From Chiloscyllium plagiosum (taxonomy: Eukaryota): a DNA stretch of 39,465 nt. Under the pieces are notes generated by a model, which was not told the DNA's origin, made no database searches, and worked only from the letters and a program-made list of their open reading frames with translations. A program made the translations under genes and the position numbers. Location of the stretch: assembly GCF_004010195.1 (NCBI RefSeq), contig NC_057755.1:1915722-1955186 (forward strand). Reading direction: 5' to 3'. Positions 21,217 through 32,666 of this stretch are shown in pieces; within the stretch, counting starts at the first letter, position 1; each line of letters begins with the position of its first letter.

Positions 21217-24200
21217 CGTCTGTGCAACTGTCACTATCTAACCCCCTCTCAATTTGTGTATCTTTCAGTATCCTCCTCAGTCTGTGCGTCTCTCACTATC
21301 CATCCCCCTATCAATTTGTGTATCACTGACTATCTAACCATCTCTAACTATATATCCACCTCACTCTATGCGTCTCTCACAATCTATACCCCCTCACTCT
21401 GTGTGTCTCTCACTATCTATCCCACCCTTATTCTGTGCATTTCTCATTATCTACACCACTCACTCTGTGCAGCCCTCACTATCGATCTGTCCCTCACTCT
21501 GTGCGTCTCTCACTAGCTAATCACCCCTCACTCTGTTCATCGCTGACTATATATCCCCTATCACTCTGTGCAACTCTCACTATCTACCCCTCTCTCAATT
21601 TGTGTATCTTTCAGTATCCTCCTCAGTCTGTGCGTCTCTCACTATCCATCCCCCTATCAATTTGTGTATCACTCACTATCTAACCATCTCTAACTATCTA
21701 TCCACCTCACTCTATGCATCTCTCACTACATATTCCGCCCCCCCCACTCTGTACGTTTCTCACTCTCTATCCCACCCTGTCCCTGCGTGTCTCCCACTAT
21801 CTATCCCCGGTCTCTCTGTTCATCTCTCACTATCCATTCCCCTCACACTGTGTGTCTCTCACAATCGATCCACCACACTCTGTGCGTCTCTCACTATCAA
21901 TTCCCACTAACTCTGTGCCTCTCACTAAATGCCCCCCTCACGCTGTGAGCCTCTCACTCTCACCCTCATTATATGTATCTCTCACTATCTTGCCCCCACA
22001 CTCTGTGCATAACTCACTATCTATCCGCTCAATTTGTGCATTGCTGCCTCGCCTATTCACACCGTGCATCTCCCATAATCTATCCCGTCTCACACTGTGT
22101 ATCTCGCACAATCTGTTTCCCCTCACACTGTGCGTCTCTCAAAATATATTTCCCGCCTCTCTGTGCATCTCTCACCATCTATTCCCCCCCCCACTCTGTG
22201 TGTCTCTCACTATCGCTGCCCCCTCACTCTGTGCGTCTTTCATGATCTATTCCCCCCTCACTCTGTGCTGCTCTCACTGGCTATTCACCCTCTCAGTCTG
22301 TGAATATCTAACTATCCATCACCCCCACTCTGTCCATTTCTCACTATCTAGCACTCCTTCACTCTGTGCGTCCCTCACTATCTATCCAACTCTCAATTTG
22401 TGAATCACTCACTATCTAACCATCTCCTCAATCTGTGCATCTCTCTTACTATCTATCCCCCTCACTCCATGCATCACTCTCCGTCTATCCCTCTCTCACT
22501 ATGTGAGTCTCTCACTATCTACTCCCTCACTGTGCAACTTTCACCAGCTATCCACCCACTCACTCTGTGCGTCTTTCACTATCTACATCCCCTAAATCTG
22601 TCCGTCTCTCACTATCTATCCACCCACTCACTCTGTGCGTCTCTCACTATCTACACCCATTCACTCTGTGCGTCTCTCGCTACCTATCCCACCCACACTC
22701 TGTGCGTCTCTATCTATTCCTCCTCTCTCTGTGCATCTCTCACTATCTATTCCAACTTTTTCTGTGTGTCTCTCACTAACTATCCGCCTCATGCTGTGCA
22801 TCTCTCCATGTCTATGCCCCCTCACTCTGTGTGTCTCTCACTTTCTATCAATCCCCTCACTCTGTGTGTCTCTCGGTATCTATCCCCCCTCACTCTGTGC
22901 ATCAATCTCTGTCTATACCCCCTCAGTCTGTGCATCTCTCACTATCTATCCCACCCTCACTCTGTGCGTCTCTCAGTATCTATCCCCCCTCTCTCTGTGC
23001 ATCATTCACTATCTATACCCCCTCACTTTGTGTATCTGTCATTATCTATCCCACACGCACTCTGTGCGTCTCTCACTATCTACACCACTCACTCTGTGCA
23101 GCCCTCATTATCGATCTGTCCCTCACTCTGTGCGTCTCTCATTAGCTATTCACCCCCTCACTCTGTTCGTCGTTAACTTTCTATCCACATCACTCTGTGC
23201 ATCTCTCACTATCTAACGCCCTGTCAATTTGTGTATCTCTCATTATCTATCCTCTGTGCGTCTTTCACTATCCAGCCCCCTCTCAATTAGTGTATCGTTC
23301 ACAATCCAATCATCTCCTCACTCTGTGCGTCTCTCACTATCTATCCACCTCACTCTATGCGTCTCTCAATATCTTTCCATCCCCTCACTCTGTGCATCAA
23401 TCTCTGTCTATACCCCCTCAGTCTGTGCATCTCTCACTATCTATCCCACCCTCACTCTGTGCGTCTCTCAGTATCTATCTCCCCTCTCTCTGTGCATCAT
23501 TCACTATCTATACCCCCTCACTTTGTGTATCTGTCATTATCTATCCCACACGCACTCTATGTGTCTCTCACTATCTATTCCCTCCACTCTGTGCGTCTCT
23601 CACTATCTATTCCCCCTCACACTGTGCGTCTCTCATTATCTATCCCCTTCAGTCTATGTATCTCTCAATATCGTGCACCCTACTCTGTGTGTCTTACAAG
23701 GTCTATACCCCCTCACTCTGTGCTTCTCTCACTAGGTATTCACCTCCACAGTCTGCGTGTCTCCAACTATCTATTACCTCCCACTCCGTCCATTTCTCAC
23801 TATCTATCCTCCCCTCACTATGTGTATCTCCCACTATCTTCCCCATCACTCTGCATCTCTCACTGTCCATACCCCTCTCAATTTGTATAACTCACACTAT
23901 CTATCCATCTCCTCACTCTGTGCGTCTTTCACCATCAATCCCCCTCACAATTTGCGTAAGTCTCAGTATCTAACAATCCCCAAACTCTGTGCATCTCTCT
24001 TACTATCTATCCCCCTCACTCTATGCGTCTCTCACTGTCTTTTCATCCTCTCAATCTGTATGACTCTCACTACCTATCCACCCTCTCTGTGTGCATCTCT
24101 CACTATCTATCGCCCCTCACTCTGTTTCGTCTCTTGCAATCTATCCCCCACACTCTGTGCATCTCCCACTATCTATTCCCCTCACTCTTACATTTCTCAC

Positions 24201-27200
24201 TAACTATGCCCCCTCACTCTGTTCGTCTCTCACTGTCTATTCCCCCTCACTCTGTCTATCTTTCATTTTCTATCCAAGCCCTCACTCTGTGCGTCTCTCA
24301 TTATCTATCCCCCACTCATTCTGTGTGTCTCTCACTATCCATCCCCGTCAATTGGTGTATCTCTCGCTATCTAACCATCTTCTTACTCTGTGCACCTCCC
24401 TTGCTATCTATCCCCCTCAATCTATTCCTCCCACAATCTGTGTGTCTCTCACTATCTATCCCCCTTATTCTGTGCATCTCTCACTAACTATCTCCCCTCA
24501 CTCTGTGAGTATCTCACTATCTATCCACCCACTCACCCTGTGCGTCTCTCACTATCTATACCCCCTCACTTTCTGCGTCTCTCACTACTTAGCTCCCCTC
24601 ACTCTGTGCATCTCTCACTATCTATCCAACCACTCACTTTGTGCGTCTCTTAATATCTATACTCCATCAATCTGTCTATCTCACTATCTATAACCCTCAC
24701 TCTGTGCATTTCTCACTATCTATCCCCCCTCAATTTGTGCATCTCTATCCAGGCCCCCTCACACAGTGCATCTCTGACAATCTAACCTCCTCGCACTGTG
24801 TATCTTGCACAATCTATTTCCTGTCTCTGTGCATCTCTCACTATCTATACCCCCTCATTCTGTGCGACTTTCACTATCATCCCTCACTCTGTGCATCACT
24901 CATCACCTACCCACCCACACACTATATGCGTCTCTCACTATGTACACTGACTCACTCTGTACGTCTCTCATTATCTATCTCACCCACACTCAATGCGTCT
25001 CTCAAAATCTATCCCCCTCACTCTGTGTGTTTCTCATTAAGCATCCCTCCTCACGCTGTGCATCTCTCACTATCCAGTCCCCCTCACACTCTGCATCTCT
25101 CACAATCTATCCTCCTCGCCCTGTGTGTCTCTGACAAGCGATCCACCTCACTCTGTGCATCTCACACTATCTATTCCCACTCACTGTGTGTCTCTCTCAC
25201 GAACTATTCCACTTTCGCTGTGCGTATCTCACTATCTAACCCACCCTCACTCTGTGCATCTCGCGGTATCTACCCCCCTCACTCTGCGCATCTCTCACTA
25301 ACTATCCCACCCTCAGTCCGTGCTTCTCTCAGTATCTATCCCCCTCACTCTGTGCATCACTTACTATCTATCCACCACTCTATGCGTCTCTCACTATTTA
25401 TCTCCCCTCACTCTGTTCATCTCACTATCTATCCAACCACTCACTCTGTGCGTCCTTCACTATCTATCCCCCTCACTCCATGCATATCTTACTATCTATC
25501 CACCTACTCACTCTGTGCGTCTCTCTAAATCTATCTCCCTCACTCTGTGTGCCTCTCATTAACTATCACCCCTCACGCTGTGCGTCTCTCACTATTTCTC
25601 CTCACACTATGCGTCTCTCACAATCTATCCCCCTCATACAGTGTGTCTCTCACAAACGATCCATCTCAAACTGGTCGTCTCACACTATCTATTCCCACTC
25701 ACTCTGTGTGTCTCTCACTAATGATCCCCCTTACGCTGTGCCTCTCTCACTATCTTTCCCCCGTCTCTCTTGCATCTCTCACTATCTATCTCACCCTCAC
25801 TCTGTGCATCTCTCACTATTTATACCCCATCACTCTGTGCGTCTTTCACGATCTATCCCCCTCACTCTGTGTGTTTCTCATTAACTATCCCTCCTCACAC
25901 TATGCATCTCTCACTATCTACTCCCCCTTACACTGTGCATCTCTCACAATCTATCCCCCTCGCTGTGTGCGTCTCTCACTATCTATCCCACCCTCACTCT
26001 GTGCATCTCGCAGTATCTATCCCCCCTCACTCTGTGCATCTCTCATTAACTATCCCACCCTCAGTCTGTGCGTCTCTCGGTATCTGTCCCCCTCACTCTG
26101 TGCATTACTTACTATCTATACCCCTCACTCTGTGCGTCTCTCACTATCTATCCCACCCACATTCTGTGCGTCTCTCACTATCTATCCCCCACTCTATGTG
26201 TCTCTCACTATTTATCTCCCCTCACTCTATTCATCTCTCACTATCTATCCACCCACTCATTCTGTGCGTCTCTCACTATCTATACCCCATTCATCTGTGC
26301 GTCCTTCACTATCTATCCCCCTCACTCTGAGCATCTCTCAATATCTTTACCCCCTCACCCTGTGCGTCTCTCATTATCTATTACCCCTCACTCCATACAT
26401 ATCTTACTATCTATCCACCCACTCACTCTGTGCGTCTCTCACTATCTATCCCATCTACACTCTGTGCCTCTCTCTAAATCTATCCCCCTCACTGTGTGCC
26501 TCTCATTAACTATCACCCCTCACGCTGTGCGTCTCTCACTATTTCTCCTCACATTGTGCGTCTCTTACAATCTATCCCCCTCACACTGTGTGTCTCTCAC
26601 AAATGATCCATCTCACTCTGTTCGTCTCACACTATCTATTCCCCGTCTCTCTTGCATCTCTCACTATCTATACCCCCGCATTCTGTGCATCTCTCACTAT
26701 CTATCACAGAATTGGTCTGAGCGTCTCTCGGTATCTATCCCCTTCACTTTGTGCATCACGAACTATCTATAACCACTCACTCTGTGCGTTTCTCACTATC
26801 TATAACACATCAATCTGTGTGTCTGTCATTAACTATTCCCTCTCACTCTGTTCATCTCTCACTATCTATTTGCCCTCACACTGTGCGTCTCTCATAATCT
26901 ATCCCCTCACACCGTGTGTCTCTCACAATCGATCCCCTCTGTGTTTCTCGCGCTAAATATTCCCACTCATTCTGTGTGTCTTTCACTAACTATCCCCCTC
27001 ATGCTGTGCATCTCTCACTATCGTCCCCGTCTCTCTGTGCGTCTCTCACTATCTATCCTCCTCACACTGTGCATCTCTCACTATCTATCCCCCATCACGT
27101 TGTACATCCCCATCTCGGCCCCCTCACACAGTGCATCTCTCGCAATCTATCCCCCTCACTCTGTGTATCTCGCTCTATCTATCCCACCTCAGTCTGTGCG

Positions 27201-29300
27201 TCTCTGACTATCTACCCCTCTCAATTTGTGATCTCTCGCTACTTTACCATCTCCTCATTCTGCGTGTCTCTCTCATTATCTATCTCCCTCACTCTATGTG
27301 CCTCTCACTCTCTTTCGATCCCCTCTTTCTGTGCGTCTATCTACATCTATCCACCCACACTCTGCGCATCTCTCATTATTTATCCCCCTCACTCTGATCG
27401 TCTCTGGCGATCTATTCCCCTCTCAATTTGTGTATCTCACACTATGTATGCATCTCCTCACTCTGTACATCTCCCACTATCTATCCCACTCACTCTATGC
27501 GTCTCTCACTAGCTTTCCATTACCTCTCTCAGTGCGTCCACCTGCATCTCTCCACCCTCTCCCTGTGCGTCTCTCACTATCTATCCCACCATCTCTCCGT
27601 GCGTCTGTCAGTATCTATCCCACCCTCACATTCTGCGTTTCTTACAATCTATGCACCCCCTCACGCTATGCATCTACCACTATCAACCCACCCTCTCAAT
27701 CTGTGCATCCCTCACTATCTATTATCCTCACTCTGTATGTCCCTCACCATCGAGCCCCCCTCACTCTGTGCATCTTTAACTAGCTCCCCTCACACAGTGC
27801 ATCTCTCACAATCTATCCCCCGTCACCCGGTGTATTTCACAAAATCTATTCTCCTTATTCTGTGGGTCCCTCACTCTCTATCCCCCCTCACTCTGTGCGT
27901 CTTTCACTCTCTATACCACCCCCACTGTGTGCACCTCTATGTAACACCCCGTACACTGTGCATCTCTCACAATCTAACAAACCACTCACTTGTCCCACTA
28001 ACTATCCAACCCCTCACTCTGTGAGTCTCTCACTATCCATCCCCCTCACTCTGTGCATCTTTCAATAACCGTGCCCCCTCATACTGTGTATCTCGCACAA
28101 TTTATCCCCCTCACTGTGCATCTCTCAATATCTGTGCCTCCCTCACACTGTGTTACTCGCACAATTTATCCCCCTCACTCTGTGCGTCTCTCATTATCTT
28201 TTCTCCCAAACGCTTCATCTCTCATTACGTATGCCCCCTCACTCTGTGCGTCTCTCAATACCCCCCTCACTCTGTGCTTTTCTCACTTTCTATCCATCCC
28301 CTCACTCTGTGCATCTCTCACTGCATATTCCCCGATTCTATGCGTCTCTCACTATCTATCTACCCCCTCATTCTATACGTCTCCCATTATCTTCCCACAC
28401 CTCACTCTGTGCGTCTCTCACTATCTATCCCCCACACTTGGTGCACCTCTCACGATCTATCTCCCCTCACTCTATGCATTTCTAACTCGACCCCTCACAC
28501 AGTGCATCACTCACAATCAATTCCCCGCTCTCCCCCTTCTTCCCTTCACTGCGTATCTCGCACAATCTATCCCGCTCACTCTGTGGATCTCGCATTATCT
28601 ATCCCCCCACCTTCTGCCTTTCTCACTTTCTATCCACCCCCTCAGTCTGTGTGTCTCTCACTATCTACTCCCCTTCACTCTGTGCATCTCACACTAACTA
28701 TGCCTCCACACGCTGTGCATCTCTCACTATCTATCCCCGCTAACTCTGTGTGTCTTTCTCTATCTATCCCCCATCACTCTGTGCATCTCTATCTCGCACT
28801 CCTCACACAGTGCATCTCTCAAAATCTTACCCCGACACTCTGTGCATCTCACCCTAACAATGCCCCCTCACACTGTGCGTCTCTCACTATCTATCCCCGC
28901 TAACTCTGTGTGTCTCTCACTCTCTATCCCCCCTCACTCTGTACATCTCTCACAATTTATCCCTCTCACTTTGTACGTCTTTCTTTATCTATCCCCCTCA
29001 CTCACGCATCTCTATCTCGCACCCCTCACACTGTGCGTCTCTCACCATCAATCCTCCCTTACTCTGTGCGTCTTCCACCATCTATCCCCCTCACTCTGTG
29101 CGTCTGTCAGTATCTATTCCCCTCTCGATTTTTGTATCTCTCACTTTCTATCCATCTCCTCACTTTGTGCGTCTCTCTCCATCTATCCCCAATCACTCTC
29201 TGCGTTTCTCACTAATTATTCTCCTCACTCTGTGCGTCGCTCAATATCTATCACCCTCAATCTGTGCTTCTCCCACTTTCTATCCACCCCCTCACTCTGT
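21217..29300. repeat. Degenerate satellite, ~32-bp unit CTCACTATCTATCCCCCTCACTCTGTGCGTCT
   Basis: Continuous tandem array, strongly C/T-rich and G-poor on the + strand. It produces the many spurious SLCASLTIYPP / HSVRLSLSIP ORFs. Confidence 0.97.
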
Positions 29301-29486
29301 GCCCCTCTCCCAAGTCCCTCCTCCCTACCTTTTATCTTAGCCTGCTTGGCACACGCTCCTCATTCTTGAAGAAGGGCTTATGCCCAAAACGTCGGTTCTC
29401 CTTCTCCTTGGATGCTGCCTGACCTGCTGCGCTTTTCCAGCAACACATTTTTAAGCTCTGATCTCCAGCATCTGCAGTCCTCACTT
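29301..29486 (+). repeat. 5' pseudo-LTR (hammerhead core decayed)
   Basis: Matches 32479-32665 with roughly 10-11 differences. The core reads TTGAAGA...AAAACGTC (29366-29393). Confidence 0.9.
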
Positions 29487-30157
29487 TCTCCTACTTGATT
29501 TTAACCTGCTGCGAATTCTCTTGCAAGGATCCCTTCCTTGAAGAAGCTCTCCTCCTCCCTCTACAAGGATCTCAGTGATTCCCTCTCTCACTGCACCCCC
29601 CAGGTCATCTCCTCTGCCCTGACGCTCTTCAGCCACGTCCGCAAACAGACTTGCTACCACAGCCACATCTCCTTCCTCAGCACCTGTCTACAGAACCGAC
29701 TGACCCCACATGGACTCCAGACTACGTTCAGACCAACAAAATTTGGACCCAACCAGGACAACCAGTACCTCCAACAAATCCGAAGTCTCCAGCAACAGAC
29801 CTCCCTCCGGATCCTCCGCTCCATGCTTGCAGCCATGTGCCGCTACCTACATTCCCTACAGTCAGCCCTGCTCCAGCTCAGGACAACACTCTCTCAGACC
29901 TGCAAAGGACCTCTACTCTTCTTCATCCACAGAAGAATCCATACACTAAACAAACAGTTCTTCCTAGCCATATCGGAAATTAAAGACAGTAAGTACCAAA
30001 AACTTTCATGTACTTACCCCCACACTCTGGATAAACTTTCATATACTTACCCCCACACTCCGGATTCCTCAACTGTTCCAGAAACTTGCATCGGCTTCCG
30101 GAAGCGCTCGGGCGCCATTCACCACTCGGCCGCGGTAGCAACCACCGCCGCGAACCA

Positions 30158-30362
30158 TGACGTCACTTCCGCCCACACCGACCATGCAGCCTCCTCGATC
30201 GCCGCTCAGACAACCGCCTCCACGATCGCCAAGAAGACCAGCGCCGACAGATTCGCAGCCTCCGCAGGGTCCACAGCCACCGGGAACACCGTTTCTGCAT
30301 TCGCCACTTCCGCCCCCGGAGTTGCCGTCGCAGCATCTACTTCCGCCCCCCCAGTGACGTCA
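30158..30362. promoter_or_regulatory. CpG-rich cluster of ETS, CRE and GC-box motifs inside the Penelope ORF (candidate internal promoter)
   Basis: TGACGTCACTTCCGC at 30158-30172 (reverse complement GCGGAAGTGACGTCA), ACTTCCGCCCCC at 30306 and 30339, and a second TGACGTCA at 30355-30362. Function is inferred only. Confidence 0.4.
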
Positions 30363-30453
30363 CTCGCTGACACACCGGCCACGCCGAATGTGTCTCTGCC
30401 CCCACGCCGTTCTCCGCCCCCTCGCCGATCTCCGCCCCCGCGCCTAACCCCGC

Positions 30454-30887
30454 NNNNNNNNNNNNNNNNNNNNNNNNNNNNNNNNNNNNNNNNNNNNNNN
30501 NNNNNNNNNNNNNNNNNNNNNNNNNNNNNNNNNNNNNNNNNNNNNNNNNNNNNNNNNNNNNNNNNNNNNNNNNNNNNNNNNNNNNNNNNNNNNNNNNNNN
30601 NNNNNNNNNNNNNNNNNNNNNNNNNNNNNNNNNNNNNNNNNNNNNNNNNNNNNNNNNNNNNNNNNNNNNNNNNNNNNNNNNNNNNNNNNNNNNNNNNNNN
30701 NNNNNNNNNNNNNNNNNNNNNNNNNNNNNNNNNNNNNNNNNNNNNNNNNNNNNNNNNNNNNNNNNNNNNNNNNNNNNNNNNNNNNNNNNNNNNNNNNNNN
30801 NNNNNNNNNNNNNNNNNNNNNNNNNNNNNNNNNNNNNNNNNNNNNNNNNNNNNNNNNNNNNNNNNNNNNNNNNNNNNNNNNNNNNNN
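30454..30887. other. Assembly gap
   Basis: Run of N. Confidence 1.
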
Positions 30888-32478
30888 ACACGGTCCTGTC
30901 CCCCTTAGTCCAAGAACCCCCCACCTATGTTCGGGACATCATCCACGCCCTCCACGATTTTCGCTTCCCCGGCCCCCAATGCCTTATCTTCACCATGGAC
31001 ATCCAGTCCCTATACACCTCCATCCCCCATCACGAAGGCCTCAAAGCCCTCCGCTTCTTCCTTTCCCACCAAACCAACCAGTATCCTTCCACTGACACTC
31101 TCCTTCGACTGACTGAACTGGTCCTCACTCTGAACAACTTCTCCTTCCAATCCTCCCACTTCCTCCAAACCAAAGGAGTAGCCATGGGCACCCGCATGGG
31201 CCCTAGCTATGCCTGCCTCTTCGTTGGATATGTGGAACAGTCCATTTTCCGCAGCTACACTGGCACCACCCCCCACCTTTTCCTCTGCTACATTGATGAC
31301 TGTATCAGCGCTACCTCATGCTCTCACGAGGAGGTTGAACAGTTCACCCACTTTACTAACATCTTCCACCCCGATCTCAAATGTACCTGGACCGTCTCAG
31401 ACTCCTCCCTCCCCTTCCTAGACCTCTCCATCTCTATCGCGACGTATACTATAACCCGACTGACTCCCACAGTTACCTAGATTACACCTCTTCCCACCCT
31501 GCCCCCTGTAAATCGCCATCCCATATTCCCAATTCCTTCGCCTTCGCCGCATCTGCTCCCAGGATGACCAATTCCAATACCGAACAACCCAGATGGCCTC
31601 CTTCTTCAAAGACCTCAATTTCCCCTCAGACGTGGATGACGATGCTCTCCACCGCATCTCCTCCACTTCTCGCTCCTCTGCCCTTGAACTCCGCCCCTCT
31701 AATCGCCACCAGGACAGAACCCCACTAGTCCTCACCTACCACCCCACCAACCTGCAGATACATTGGATCATCCTTTGTCATTTCCGCCACCTCCAAACGG
31801 ATCCCACCATCAAGAATATATTTCCCTCCCCACCCCTATCAGCATTCCAGAAAGACCACTCCCTCCGCGACTCCCTTGTCAGATCCACACCCACCACCAA
31901 CCCAACCTCCACTCCCGGCACCTTCCCCTGCAACCGCAAAAAATGCAAAACTTGTGCCCACACCTCCCCCCTCACTTCCCTCCAAGGCCCTAAGGGATCC
32001 ATCAATATCCATCAGAAATTCACCTGCACCTCCACACACATCATTTATTGCATCCGCTGCACCCGATGTGGCCTCCTCTACATTGGGGAGACAGGTGGCC
32101 TACTTGCGGAACGTTTCAGAGAACACCTCTGGGACACCCGCACGAATCCAACTGCCCCGTGGCTGAACACTTTAACTTCCCCTCCCACTCCGCCAAGGAC
32201 ATGCAGATCCTTGGCCTCCTCCATATCCAGACCATGGTAACACGACGCCTGGAAGAAGAGTGACTCATCTTCCGCCTAGGAACCCTCCAGCCACAGAGGA
32301 TTAATGCGGATTTCTCCAGCGTCCTCATTTCCCCTCCACCCACCTTTTCTCAGTCCCAGCCCTCAGACTCAGCACCGCCTTCTTGACCTGCAATCTTCTT
32401 CCCGACCTTTCCGCCCCCACCCCCTTCCCCGGCCTATCACCCTCACCTTAACCTCCTTCCACCTATCGCATTCCCAAC

Positions 32479-32665
32479 GCCCCTCCCCCAAGTTCCTCCT
32501 CCCTACCTTTTATCTTAGCCTGCTTGGCACACCCTCCTCATTCCTGAAGAAGGGCTTATGCCTGAAACGTCGATTCTCGTTCTCCTTGGATGCTGCCTGA
32601 GCTGCTGCGCTTTTCCAGCAACACATGTTTAAAGCTCTGATCTCCAGCATCTGCAGTCCTCACTT
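32479..32665 (+). repeat. 3' pseudo-LTR repeat with hammerhead-like motif
   Basis: CTGAAGA-A-GGGC-TTAT-GCCT-GAAACGTC at 32544-32571; stem II has one G-U pair. Confidence 0.9.
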
Positions 32666-32666
32666 C

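Larger units (their letters stand above)
29301..32666 (+). mobile_element. Near full-length Penelope-like retroelement (Neptune-type) with direct pseudo-LTRs, inserted in the satellite
   Basis: Direct repeats ~29301-29486 and ~32479-32665. N-terminal ORF from ~29538 (HISFLSTCLQNRLTPHGL). RT motifs MDIQSLYTSIPH, GVAMGTRMGPSYACLF, YIDD and LPFLD. Linker CNRKKCKTC. GIY-YIG motif IIYCIRCTRCGLLYIGETG..LAERFREH. Several small deletions and frameshifts; gap at 30454-30887. Confidence 0.95.
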
